NCBI RefSeq assembly: GCF_036321535.1
Contig: NC_087437.1
Location: 4,526,001 to 4,590,000, forward strand
Source of the DNA: Camelus dromedarius
Taxonomy: Eukaryota
Length of the DNA: 64,000 bases
Direction: 5' to 3'
Under the pieces are notes generated by a model, which did not search any database, was not told the DNA's origin, and saw only the letters and a list, made by a program, of their open reading frames with translations. A program made the translations under genes and the position numbers. Below are positions 1-11,682 of the stretch, piece by piece; positions within the stretch are counted from its first letter, which is position 1; every line of letters starts with the position of its first letter.

Positions 1-1034
1 CTTCTACTCCCCCGTCTCCATCTCCCCCCAGGGCATTTCTTTGTCTCCCCCGTGCGGTGATGTTCTGTACTGTGATGGTACATCTCCATTTTAAGCTGCT
101 GTCTCTACGTCCAGACAGGTCTTACCGAGGGATTTCTGAACCTGTCCAGGGCTTTTCCTTTGCTGCCACTTGGAAATAACTTTGGAAGTGGGATATTTCA
201 TCCACAAACCAGGTTCTTTTTCTAGTCCTCTTGCCTTTCTTCCGTGTTCAGGTTCCTCTGAATCACTGGTTTTCTATCCAAACAAAATCTTAGTGCCCTG
301 GAATGTCAGTGATACCCGGACTTGCCTCTGAAAAGCTTGGCAGCTGTTTTCTCTGCTTCATGCAGCTTTTTAAAGAAGTGATAGAGTCCTGAAATAAGGA
401 GATACCTTGCTCACGTATAACTAGGTTTTATGAAGAAAAAAGAGTTCATGTTCAGCGTGTGTTGGGCTGATGTGTGGCCGGGACAGGGGTGAGGCACAGG
501 TGGTAACAGAAGAAATTGGGAAATGATATTAATGAAGGTTCCAGGGACTGTAGCCTGAGAGGAATGAGTCTCACTTATGTCCAGAAATCACATCTACCCC
601 TGGGCTTGATTTGCCACATTTGAAATAACATGGGAATGTGTCCTTTAAACAATGTCTTCCAAACAGTTTGAGTTGTGACATTGTTAGAAAACTATAGGAA
701 ACTTAGGAAAACTTAGGAAACTATATTCCTAAGTTGATGCTTTAAAATAAGACAGATACTTTTTTGGATTTACAAGCGCTTTTTTTTTTCTGAATCAGTG
801 TAATCAGCTGTAGACACACCCAGCGTATATTGAGCACAGTCTGTAACCTCAACACTCCGTCCATAGCTTAGAGGAAACTTCTAAAAAAGGATGATAGTGT
901 CCATTTCAGGGAGTTTACAGTCTCATTGGGGAGAGAAGACTCCTGTATTTGCTTAAGTAGGAAACAGCCTAAGATAGGATACTATTTATGTAAACTAATG
1001 TAATACAGATACAAACTTTAAAAGAGAAGTAGCA

Positions 1035-1155
1035 TATAACTGAAAAAGTGTGCTCTACACTGGAACTTGACACAACATTGTAAAATGACTGTAACTCAAT
1101 AAAAAAAAATGTTAATAAATAAATAAATAAATATTCAGAGTACTCAAAAAAAAAA
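1035..1155 (+). mobile_element. L1 3'-terminal fragment with A-rich tail
   Basis: tataactgaaaaagtgtgctctacactggaacttgacacaacattgtaaaatgactgtaactcaat is nearly identical to the L1 end at 46050-46120; TSD-like aaaagagaagtag / aaaagagaggtag. Confidence 0.8.
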
Positions 1156-1619
1156 GAGAGGTAGTAATTAAAAGGAGACAGAAATTACTAAGTGCTGGAC
1201 ACTTTGTGTTTGTCACATCATTGAGTCTTCACAAAGCTCAGAGAGTGAGTGACCACGCAGGGCCCACACAGCTGATGAAGTCGAGCTGGAGTTGGGTCCC
1301 ATTTCATTTGGGCTCCAGAGTCCCTGCTCTTTTCATTGCTTCAGTCTTTGCTGAGAGACCACCAGTGGAGGACAAAGCTGAAGAGGGTCTGAGAGGAGGA
1401 GGAGGAGTTACAGGGATCAGTGGGCCTCCCAGGGAGCAAATGCATTTCCGGGTGAAATTGAGTAAGGTTATTGAGGGAATTGTGACAGGAAGGAGTGGAT
1501 CAGGGCCACAGATACACAGGGTACGAGTACTGGGAAACGGAGGCCGAAGTGGAGAGCGGAGCAGGCTCTCAGGGAGCAGGGGACACTCGGCGCTCTGAGG
1601 CATCCCTGTCCGGGGGGCT

Positions 1620-1797
1620 CCTGTGACGGTGGCAGTGTTGTGTCTGTGCTGTGCGACACCATAGCTCCTGCTGCACTTGGTCCTTGAACTCTCGAAGTGT
1701 GGCAGTGACTAAGGAACGGGTGTGTAAGCCTAATTTAACTGTAATTTAAATAACCACACGTGGTTAGTGACCACCATCTGGACAGCGTAGCTCTAGA
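1620..1797. mobile_element. MER3/MER33-like hAT-Charlie DNA transposon remnant
   Basis: aatttaaataaccacacgtggttagtgaccaccatctggacagcgtagctctag; related copies near 30010-30190, 37100-37215, 50590-50775 and 59255-59395. Confidence 0.6.
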
Positions 1798-1996
1798 GAT
1801 GGGTATTTATTTATAGTTTTTGAGCAGGTACAGGACACAGGGAAGTGCTGATTAAAGAATAGAAATTTCAAATTGATTTCAAGGGAAAAGAATTTATAAG
1901 TATTCAAGATGCATCCTCACTTTAGAGAATGAGATAACTAATTAATAAGAATATGGTAAAACTGTTTTGCAATTTATCTCCTGACTTTTTTAATAG

Positions 1997-2141
1997 GGGC
2001 TGCGATTTATCCAGTTGAAAAATCCTTGGAGTCATTTACGTTGGAAAGGAAGATATAGTGAAAATGATGTGAAAAACTGGACCCCAGAGTTGCAAAAATA
2101 TTTAAATTTTGATCCTCGAACAGCTCAGAAAATAGACAATG
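1997..2141 (+). CDS. CAPN7: Calpain-7 internal coding exon (CysPc protease domain, includes the catalytic-Asn motif LKNPW)
   Basis: taatag|GGGCTG...AATG|gtaagt; translates GLRFIQLKNPWSHLRWKGRYSENDVKNWTPELQKYLNFDPRTAQKIDNG; 145 bp, phase 0->1. Confidence 0.96.
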
Positions 2142-2271
2142 GTAAGTATGTCTTTTAATTTTAAAACTTTGATCTTTAAATAAATGTTTTAACAGTGTGA
2201 AGTATACTAAACTGGCTTAAGGCATTTATCATTAAGGTTTTTTTAGATTAACAAAGCCATCTAATTTTCAG

Positions 2272-2371
2272 GAATATTTTGGATTTCATGGGATGATCTC
2301 TGCCAATATTACGATGTGATTTATTTGAGTTGGAATCCGGCTCTTTTTAAAGAATCAACATGTATTCACAG
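2272..2371 (+). CDS. CAPN7: Calpain-7 coding exon (end of CysPc domain)
   Basis: ttttcag|GAATA...CACAG|gtaact; (G)IFWISWDDLCQYYDVIYLSWNPALFKESTCIH(S); frame continuous with neighbours. Confidence 0.96.
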
Positions 2372-2652
2372 GTAACTTTTTTGCTCATTTCAGAATATGC
2401 TTTATAGTAGTCTCCCTTTTTCCATTTAAGATGAAATTGTTTGGGAAGGCTAGCATTCTCTGTCTTTTTGTCATGGCCACAGAGGACTCTCATGTAATCG
2501 TTTTCTTTATGTGCTTCTTGGTTGTGCCAGAAATTTAGAGGGGAAAAAAGAAAACCTGGTAACTTCGTGAAACACAGCACTTTTAAAAATAGTCGTCCAC
2601 TTTAGCTGTAATGAGAAATGTAACTACTTTCTTAATTGATTTTATCTTTTAG

Positions 2653-2788
2653 TACTTGGGATGCTAAGCAAGGCCCTGTGAAGGATGCCTACAGTCTGGC
2701 CAACAACCCGCAGTACAAACTGGAGGTGCAGTGTCCACAAGGCGGCGCTGCCGTCTGGGTTTTGCTTAGTAGACACATTACAGACAAG
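2653..2788 (+). CDS. CAPN7: Calpain-7 coding exon (first domain-III/CBSW-like region)
   Basis: ttttag|TACTTGG...GACAAG|gtgcgg; [45 protein letters not shown]; overlaps ORF 2636..2827. Confidence 0.96.
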
Positions 2789-3340
2789 GTGCGGATACCT
2801 TCCTGTGCCCCGAACGAGAGCTCTTAGATATAATTAGACCGCTGTGCGCGAGATGTCACTACCACCAGCCTGTCTTACTTGTATCAGTGGCTTGAAAATA
2901 GTGTTTTCTTAGATAAAAGAGTATTTCCCTCTAAGGAAATTGATAGTTTGTAATTGTACGCTTAAAATCTTGCTCAGAAATCACCTCTGAAGAAAAACGT
3001 GAGCGAGTTTATGCTTTTTAGTGAGGGTTTTAGTGTTGGTTGTATGTGCTTTAGATCTTAAGAATATTAACATTAAAAGGGAGTTTGGAAACTTTGACTC
3101 CTGACCCTATAAAGGATACCGTAATTCCAGTGGCTTCAAAGCCTTCGTTAGTGTGTTGCTTCCTACACTGTGGTTACCTATTGAAATGACAGTTTAATTC
3201 AGGCATTTTTTATAGTACTAAACAGAAATGCTCCTAAAATTAGAAATAACCTCCTCCGCCCTCCCTCCCCACCCCACACACAGAGGCAGGAGCATTTCAA
3301 GCCCGTTTTCCTAACCGCAGTGGACTCTTTGTGCTTTTAG

Positions 3341-3416
3341 GATGATTTTGCAAATAATCGAGAATTTATCACAATGGTTGTATACAAGACTGACGGGAAA
3401 AAAGTTTACTACCCAG
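3341..3416 (+). CDS. CAPN7: Calpain-7 coding exon
   Basis: ttttag|GATGAT...CCAG|gtacgt; DDFANNREFITMVVYKTDGKKVYYP(A). Confidence 0.95.
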
Positions 3417-6400
3417 GTACGTGTCCGTAAACAGACATTGAAACAAACATTGCGACTCTGTTTACGTGATTAAGTGGAAAATGACAATTTTTTGTAAATA
3501 ATATGCAGACATTGATAATGATAATTATGCTGATAGACTAATAGAAACTGCTCAGACAGGTGGGTGGGTATTTATGCTCGTGTGTTCTGATTTGTTTTAA
3601 ATTGGGAGACCCCCTGGAATTTGGGATTTCCACAGTCTTGCACATTGCTGTCAGCAAGGGACCAGCGCCCCCTCAGCCCCTCCTCCCACAGCCGCTTTGC
3701 CGACAACCCCTCCCTTGCCCACGTGTGCCTTCTGCCCTGTTCTGTGTAGTGAGCGTGATTAAGGTCCAGCTTATGTTACTCCCTCTGTGACCATCTCTGC
3801 CAGGCAAAGGGAATCTTCCCTCTGCAGGTCTCCTTGGGCGCTTAACATACTGTGTTTGAAACCATTTTGCTTTCACAGTAAGAAAACTTTTCTCTCATTA
3901 CGACATGATAGGAACTGTTAAGTTTATGTTCTAGTCCAGGAGACAGATGAGCAAAAATAACCCAGATAGTGATATGTGTGTGTAAAGAAGTAAGTAGGGT
4001 CACGTGTTAGTGACCTCTGGGTGACATTGTGGGGTGGCCGTGGAAGGCCTTTTTGAGAAGGGATACAAGGGACTCTGAGTGACAAAGACGAGTCAGTCAC
4101 ACAAAGAACTGCACGTGCTCCTAGTGCAGGGACCCTGAAGGGAGAAGACGACGGAGCTTCCTGGGCCGGGAAGGAGGCTGGCGCGCCGGGGAGTTGTGGG
4201 TCAGAGCAGAGGGAAGGAGGGCCGGCTTAGGTCACAGGGCCCAGAAGCCACAGGGAGGGGCTGGGTCTTGCTCTGAGTGCGGTGGAAGGCCGCCGGAGGG
4301 CCTGGGTCAGGAGAGGGGCGGGGCCTGGTGCTTTTTTAAGAAAATTCTTTGTAGAATATGTTGGAGGGGACAGAAGTGGAGGAGGCGGGGGGACCAGTGA
4401 GGGGGTTTTACTCACATGGGACATGGAGGGTGGAGGTGGAGATGAAGAGCCAGCAGACTGGGGCTTTGGTCGGGAGGTCAGGACTTGCTGAGGTGACCTG
4501 GGGCAGCGGGGGCTGAGAGGTACCCCTGGTTTTCTGGCTTGAGCACTAGAGGGCGTGTGCGGCCTTCATTGAGGTGAGTGCGTGTTGCTGGGAGCAGGTG
4601 CGCTGTGCAGTAAAGTCACAAGTTAGTTTTCGGCTGTGCTAAATCTGAGACCCTGTTAGCTTTCCAGGTGAAGGAGCGGAGAGGAGCGGGGTCCTGGGGT
4701 GAGGTTGAGGCAGGTGGAGGAGGCGAGGGACGAGAGGACTGCGGGAGTCCCATGTGGAGGGGCTACGGGCTCAGGACAGCCAGGACCGGGCTCTCGGACT
4801 CTCGCATTTTAAGGGTAAGCAGAGAAGGTACCGCCGAAGAGTGTGACCAGTACCTGGTGAAGTCGAGGAAGGCCTCACGTAACGGGGGAAGAGCGTGGCC
4901 ACGGCCACCTGTTGCTGTTTCCGAGGTCCAGCGAGATTAGGTTGGAGATGAGGCTGTTGACCTTGACGAGGACCTTGAAAAGAGAGGTGGGCTGGCGCCC
5001 AGTCAGAGTGTCTTCAGGAAGGGCTGTGAGGTGGCAGCAGTTGCTGGGGAAGGTGTGCAGGGAGGTGGGCAGTGGTGGGAGGCGGGCTCAGTCCCAAGAA
5101 AGCTCCGCCGTCTCCCCCAGCCCGCCCCGAGGTGGGCCGCCACTCACTCCTGCCAGGCAAGCCACCTGGATTGTCTGAGGTGGGCCGGCACACAGTAGGT
5201 CCAGTAGGAAACACCAGGCGAACCTGGCCACATTTTCCATTTTTCACGTTGATCATTATACGGCCAGAAAAGCACCAGCGCTGGGAGTGTATTCCTGGCA
5301 GTCCTGACATGTTACATATGTTTTGAATTTCAGACAACTTGTTACTCTTTTTACTTGCATTTTTTTACTTTTTAAATACAGTGCTCCCTCTCGTACACAT
5401 AGTGACTTGCCATTTCAGGGTACTTTCTGGTCTATAGTTTCACTGTCATCACATCACCCTGTGGTCAGGCAGGGCTGCCTGTTCCCCATCTGACAGGGGA
5501 GTAAGCCCAGCGTAGGTCAGACCTGTTCCGGGTCCCAGACGCGCCGGTTTTTTCCCTCTTCACACTGGATCACACCACCTCTAAGCAAGCGAGACTTACT
5601 GCCTGTTTGAGATACTACAGTGTTAAGTTTTTCTACAAATTACATTATAAATATTAAGTGTTCGCAGCGTTCATCTTAAATGATACATAATTGAGATGCG
5701 TGAAGGGATTTTATTGTATCAGCCTTGATTCGTCAGGCTGTCAGAATGTATCAGGCAGCCTTGTTTGTAATAGGAGAATATTTAACCTGCATATGCACGT
5801 GGCCCGGATAACTGGGTCGGGGAGCAGAGATAAAACGTGCCGTGTTCCTACCACAGCCCACGCAGGCGTGCATGCGGTTTTAAAAGGAATAAACCGTACC
5901 AGGTAGATCAACAGGGATCTCAAAAACATGGTGGGAAATGAAAGCTATAAAACAGGACACGTACTGTCGGTTTTCTCAGATACACAGAAGTCACGTGTAT
6001 CATTATTTTTAGGGAAGTGGGTGTGAAAGTAGGAAACGATGCCCATCAGCTCCATCCGAGCGGAGTGGAGTCAGATGCAGGGGTGCTGGTTATAAAGAAG
6101 CGGGTGTGACCAAAAACTGTTCATTTAATTCTCAGTGGTGGGGAATATAGATACGTGTTTATATACTTCTTTGTATCTTTTTAAAAATTTTCCTCAAAAT
6201 CAAAAAAGAAGCTAATCCTGACTTTAAAATCCTCTGCTAGAGAGACCACAGTGCAGGGCAAAGGGCAGGGATTAACGCGGCTCACTGAGAGCATCCCGGC
6301 AGACTGCGTCCTGCTTCGTGGTTACTGTTTAAAGCTTTAAGTTATTTAATTTGTAAAGCTTTTCATTGAAATTGTAATTGTTTAGTGCCATTATATTTTA

Positions 6401-6516
6401 AAGGTAGAATTAAGGGGATGTCCATCCATTTTCTTTTCCTGCCATCAACCATAAAACTTAAAAACTGAAGAAATCAAGTCCCGTCTTCTTCTGTAACCCT
6501 GTTTGTTTATTTGCAG

Positions 6517-6662
6517 CTGACCCACCTCCGTACATTGATGGGATTCGAATTAACAGCCCTCACTATTTGACTAAGATAAAGCTAACCACACCCGGGACCC
6601 ATACCTTTACATTGGTGGTTTCTCAGTATGAAAAACAGAACACCCTGCATTACACAGTCCGG
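6517..6662 (+). CDS. CAPN7: Calpain-7 coding exon
   Basis: ttgcag|CTGAC...GTCCGG|gtgagt; DPPPYIDGIRINSPHYLTKIKLTTPGTHTFTLVVSQYEKQNTLHYTVR. Confidence 0.96.
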
Positions 6663-7335
6663 GTGAGTAAGCCGCCTGGCGCGCCAGGCGGGGCCGTGCG
6701 GTCCCAGGCGGGCTCTGCTCTGTCAGCGGGACTGCCTCTGGTTGTTTCTGAACCGGATCCCTGTCTGTTGCTGTGTAACAGTTCAGTTGTAAATGATGGG
6801 GACGCTTCCTACAGAAAACGATGTTTCTCTGAATGACATTCCAGATGAACGTAGTAGTCTTGAGAGCTTGGTCCTAAGGGGATGTATGTTGGACAAGAAG
6901 TCACAGAGCAAGTGGTGCAACCTCCTTTGTCTGTGAAATGAGGACTTGGAACCTAGTGGAAGGAACTCGACTGCCTGGAAACACACTGCTCCCGTGAAGC
7001 TGGGCTGGTCCTCGTAATTCTGCTCTGCCGAGATTTGTTCACCCTGCGTCAGTTACAGCAGCTCAGTTTGAAGAGATTTTAGTGATGAAAAGGGCACGGG
7101 GGAGCTGCTTTCAGCCTTCGTTCTTCAGAGCAGAAGCCAAGGCCTGGAGAGGGTGTGACTTGTCCCGAGTCACACAGTTGGCATCAAAGAAGCCAGGACA
7201 GGAGCCAGGCTGCCGGCAGAACCATGACCCTCCTCTGTGCCAGCTGATTTTGTAGTCTTCCAGAACATTCTCTCATCACGTCCGTGTTTTTATAAGATAA
7301 ACTTTATCACTGTAATAATTTTTCTTTTATTCTAG

Positions 7336-7398
7336 GTGTACTCAGCATGCAGCTTTACCTTTTCAAAGATTCCCTCACCATACACCGTATCAAAACAG
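7336..7398 (+). CDS. CAPN7: Calpain-7 coding exon
   Basis: ttctag|GTGTAC...AAACAG|gtgaga; VYSACSFTFSKIPSPYTVSKQ; 63 bp, phase 0->0. Confidence 0.94.
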
Positions 7399-7892
7399 GT
7401 GAGAGAAGTTTTCTCTGGGTCATAGTCTCATTGAAATCTCAGCACTCCATTCACCTTTTCTCCTCTTCCCAGCCTCCCCGCCACATTTAACACTTTCTTA
7501 TAAGATAAAGGCATCTGAGGCTGGGCAGGAGTACCAGGGAAGTGTGGGGAGTCTCCAGGCTGGGCTGGATACGAGCCCTTCAGTGGGCAGCACTCGGTGC
7601 TGCCGTGGCCGGTGGGGAAGGCCGGGGGTGGATCTCATCAGGAGGATCTCAGACTGACTGCAGGGTGGGCTCGGTGTGTGGAGGGGGCTGGAGGGCGAAC
7701 CCCCGGCAGGGAGAACTCGATGGTGGCCTGGCTCCCACGGGGAGGGAGAGGCCCGGCCGCCGTCGGGGGAGGGGGTGCGGCCAGAGTGGAGCGCTGCTTT
7801 TTAAAAAATTTTATTTCAGGGTGCAGATTTTGTCTTCAAAGTAGAATTGGAGAATGTGAAGCTTTGTTAACACAGAACCTTTGTTTTATTAG

Positions 7893-8023
7893 ATCAATGG
7901 GAAGTGGAGCGGTCAGACGGCTGGAGGATGTGGCAATTTTCAAGAGACTCACAGAAATAACCCCATTTACCAGTTCCACATAGAAAAGCCTGGGCCATTA
8001 CTGATTGAGCTGAGAGGACCGAG
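7893..8023 (+). CDS. CAPN7: Calpain-7 coding exon (second domain-III/CBSW-like region)
   Basis: tttattag|ATCAAT...CCGAG|gtttgt; INGKWSGQTAGGCGNFQETHRNNPIYQFHIEKPGPLLIELRGP(R); the GxW..AGGC..NP.Y pattern is typical of calpain domain III. Confidence 0.96.
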
Positions 8024-8347
8024 GTTTGTGACAAGTAACTTCCTTACATGAAGAATGATATATTAGAATGAGCTTCTCATGGAACAGGGCCAGGTTTTGA
8101 AACAGACATACACGCATGTGGACACTTGATCTCTCATAAAGATTTGGTATTGCAGGGGAGGGGGGCAGGACACTGTTCAGTAAATGCTGCTGGAATAATT
8201 AATATTAGGGGCCACTTCAAATCTGAAAGTCAGTCCCAGGAGGTTACAATACAGGAGTAATAACCAGAGTAAGGAAAGATTTCTGAAGACACAGAGCACA
8301 CAAAAAGATTTGTAGATGTCCTACATTAGTAAGAAAAAAGTCTGCAG

Positions 8348-8496
8348 TTTTGTTTTTGTTTTTGGGTTTTTTTTTTTGAGGGGAAGGAGAGATGATTAGA
8401 TTTACTTATTTTTTATTTAATGGAGGGACTGGAGATTGAACTCATGACCTCGTGCATTGCTAAGCATGTGCTCTACCGCTGAGCTCTGCCCTCCCC
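8348..8496 (-). mobile_element. tRNA-Ala-derived SINE (Vic-1-like)
   Basis: Reverse complement GGGGAGGGCAGAGCTCAGCGGTAGAGCACATGCTTAGC...GAGTTCAATCTCC plus an AT-rich tail. Confidence 0.85.
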
Positions 8497-9518
8497 ACTG
8501 CTTTTAAAAAATAAAACAAAACCTTGAACAGGTATATCACGAGAGAATCCGAATGGTCAATAAACTGACCAACAATTTGAAACAACCCAAAGTTTCATGA
8601 GTGGTATTAAGATTATAAAAGTCAGCCAACAGAGTCCATGTAACAGTGGAAAATTAGAGCTCCGCGCAGCATGGTGGGTGGGTCTCGGGGGCCAGCAAAA
8701 TGCACGCTGTGTGACTCCACCTGTGCGAGGCCAAGACAAGGTGCCTGGGGGTGCATGCCTCGGTGCAGGACAGCGGTCGCCCGACGGCTCAGCTCCGGGG
8801 CCGCGGGCCACGAAGGACGGGGTGTTGCTGACCAGGGTGGGTGACCCAGTTGTGTGTTCTCTTCACAGGTTACTTGTTAAGCCACGTAGTTGCTTGATGT
8901 ACATTGTGTTCTATTTCACAATTTTAAAAGGTTTCAATACAGAGAATAGAGGTAAAAATACTACTAGCTTCCAGATAAAACTAGGCTTAAAAGAAACTGA
9001 TAATCCTTTCAATAAGACTGAGCTGTTTTTAAAACCCTTTGCCACTTTGATAGGTGAAATACGGTACCTGATTGCCCTTCTGTACGTAATTTCTAGGTAG
9101 ATTGACCAGGTGAAACTGTTGACAGTGTGGATTTTTTCCTTTGCTCATGTATTTATCTTTTTGCCCATTTTTTCTGTCGAAGTTGTCATTTTTTCTTAAT
9201 TGTAAGCGTGAGTAAGGGTATGAATGTAAGGGTATTAACGCCTTCACATATTTGCAGGTACTTTTCCTAGATTTTTGTCTCACAGAGAAAAAAAAAAGTT
9301 TTTTCATTTTAAAGCAATCAGGTCTGTCTGTTCTGCTTTATTTTGCTGGGGGCAGGAACTCTCACCTTAGTGTCAAATACATTTTCACCAGTTTCTTCTA
9401 GTACCTTTATAGTTTTATTTTTTACCTTATTTTTTAAATCCACATGAACTATATTTGGTATTTGGTGTGAAATGCAGTTTGAGAAGCAGCAGCAGTGACC
9501 CCGCTCTCCCTCTGCCAG

Positions 9519-9611
9519 GCAGTACAGCGTTGGGTTTGAAATCGTAGCGGTTTCTGTGGCGGGAGACCCTGGGCCCCACGGCTTCCAGAGGAAATCCAGC
9601 GGTGACTACAG
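9519..9611 (+). CDS. CAPN7: Calpain-7 penultimate coding exon
   Basis: tgccag|GCAGTAC...TACAG|gtaagg; QYSVGFEIVAVSVAGDPGPHGFQRKSSGDY(R). Confidence 0.95.
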
Positions 9612-9704
9612 GTAAGGCTGGCGTTCGGATCGTCTGCTTTATCCTTTAGTGTTCGTGGCGGCGGCGGCTGCTGTAAACCTCGCTCTCATTTTCCCTGAAC
9701 GTAG

Positions 9705-9849
9705 GTGTGGGTTTTGCTACCTGGAACTGGAAACGATACCTGCTGGGATCTACAATATCATCCCCAGTACTTTTCTGCCTAAACAAGAAGGACCATTTTT
9801 CTTGGACTTTAACAGTATTGCCCCCGTCAGGACAACACAGCTTCAGTGA
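9705..9849 (+). CDS. CAPN7: Calpain-7 last coding exon to TGA stop
   Basis: acgtag|GTGTGG...CAGTGA; CGFCYLELETIPAGIYNIIPSTFLPKQEGPFFLDFNSIAPVRTTQLQ*. Confidence 0.96.
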
Positions 9850-10814
9850 TGGAGAAAGCTCAGCAATTTCTGGATTCGGTACTTAAAGCAACATCAGCTC
9901 TTCAGATGAGGACACGAATCTCCAGGACACTGAATACAACAGAACAGAGTTTAATCTCTGAAACCATGACTGTGCAACCTGGTGCTGAAGTCGGGGTGTT
10001 CAGTGAGAACTGTATATAGTCAGCCTGCGTCACTCAGAAGTACCATTGACGTGGTTTTGTGCGCACGTGGAGTGAGCCTGCACTTAGGGCCCGAGTGTAG
10101 CCGGGAGTAGGTGAGGAGAGGAGGCTCAGCCAGCGCTGGGGGGTGGGGGCGCCCTTGAGAAGAGGGAGCTGAGACCAGGGGAGGAAGTGAGGGACATAGG
10201 CTCCTGGGGTGGCCCGGGGCTGGGGACACCCCGAAGTGCTTACATTCTGTTTGTCTTTGGCAGAGAGCATGCTGTACGTTAAACCCGCTTGTGTCGTGAC
10301 CCCCCGTGCGTCTTGGGCAACTCATTACCAAATGAATCACGTTCCCGTACGATTTTACTTCTGCGTTATTTATGACTTTCTGTGTTTATTGTTGCCCAGA
10401 GGTTATGAGAGGATTAAAGCTTTAATACTGATTAGCACTAAGATGCTCATGCTTAAGAGTAAAGGTCGTTGGCGTTAGAGCCCTGCCTCCTACCGACTCA
10501 CGTAAAGAGGACCGATGACAGCAGCAGTCTGACACATCACAGTTTGGCTTGTATTGTTCCATTGCGCTGTAGCTCTGCTCTGGTGGGAACGGCACTCTAA
10601 AGAAGGTGCAGTTGAGAATTTCATACGTGGTATTTGGGCTGCATTTGAAAAACTGCTAAGATACTACTGTCTTGTGTAAATTCCCCATTGTTTACATAAA
10701 AATCCATTGGAGTAGAATGATGTTCAAGATTTTAAAGATCTAAAAATTACTGTGGAATTTTTCATCTCTAATTACAAAAACTTCTTATTTTGTATTTCTA
10801 TTATCTTTAATTGA

Positions 10815-10820
10815 AATAAA
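10815..10820 (+). terminator. CAPN7: Candidate CAPN7 polyadenylation signal (AATAAA)
   Basis: AATAAA about 970 nt after the stop, in an AU-rich context (ttgaAATAAAatgttt). Confidence 0.6.
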
Positions 10821-10935
10821 ATGTTTATACTTATGGAAACTGCATAGTTTAACCTAGAGAAATTGTTTAAAGGACTTCATGTGGTATGTTCCACCTGAAA
10901 GAGAACTCATTATTTGCACTAAAATTTGCTTTTAC

Positions 10936-10958
10936 AAAAAAAAAAAAAAAAAAAAAAA
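10936..10958 (+). repeat. Genomic A23 homopolymer
   Basis: 23 consecutive A. Confidence 0.9.
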
Positions 10959-11117
10959 GTCTGTTCCTTCACATTCAGGATGGCGGTAGATGGTTCTACA
11001 GATGAAATTTCACTTTGGTAAATATTTCGTGCTTTCACTTTTAGCATATTTTAGGTGGATTAATTTAATTTCCTATGACTCTTTAAAGAAAAAAATCGGA
11101 AGAATATAAGAGATACA

Positions 11118-11123
11118 TTTATT
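11118..11123 (-). terminator. SH3BP5: Candidate distal SH3BP5 poly(A) signal
   Basis: tttatt on + (AATAAA on -), with an upstream TGTA and a T-rich downstream tract on the - strand. Confidence 0.45.
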
Positions 11124-11676
11124 ACAAACATACAATTGAACCTTTTGTGTTGAAGATCTTGTACATGATGTAAAATAAGACATGATCCCTGCCTTCCAAA
11201 GCCCGGGGCGGAGGCCTGTGTGCACAGCGTGCTGTGCCGCGCTGCTGCGTTCTGTCTGCGGCACAGCTGTGAGCAGAGCTCGAGATGGCCAGGCAAGCGC
11301 AAGGGCCATTCTGCCTGGACCCATGTGGAAAAAGAAGAGGATCAAATGGGGAGCAATTCAGAGTCCAGGGCCCAAGGGTCCCCGAGTCACTTACTGAGAC
11401 TCCCGGGTGCCCCGGAAGGAGACCCACGGCTCCGACATCACGGCCTCGGCTCTGCTCCCTGCCGTGTGTCCGCAGCGCCCGCCGGGGGCCTCCTGGCTCA
11501 GGCCTCGGGGGTCAGGGTGAGCTCCTCGGGACCCGGGCCCTTGAGGGCAGTGAGAACCCAGAGCACCGCGTCCCGCTGTCCCTCGGGGTCAGAAGGCCGC
11601 CTAGGACAGAAGACTTGGGCAGCATCAGGACATCATCCGAAGTCACGGAGTGAAGTAGACATTTTCTCAAGTCATT

Positions 11677-11682
11677 TTTATT
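11677..11682 (-). terminator. SH3BP5: Candidate main SH3BP5 poly(A) signal
   Basis: tttatt on + at the end of the AT-rich 3' UTR-like block (11660-12460); TGTA immediately upstream on -. Confidence 0.6.

Noticed and set aside
9649..9704. N-terminal MFVAAAAAV extension in ORF 9649..9849
   Set aside because: It lies inside the 93-nt terminal intron and starts at a GTG; an ORF-calling artefact.
9847..9909. Stop-codon read-through extension of CAPN7 (19 codons to the next TGA)
   Set aside because: The context is TGA-TGG, not the TGA-CTAG read-through motif, and nothing else supports it. The SH3BP5 stop (TGA-CCC) is also unremarkable.
10936..10958. A23 as the tail of a processed pseudogene
   Set aside because: The upstream CAPN7 sequence retains its introns and no TSD or retrocopy body is evident.
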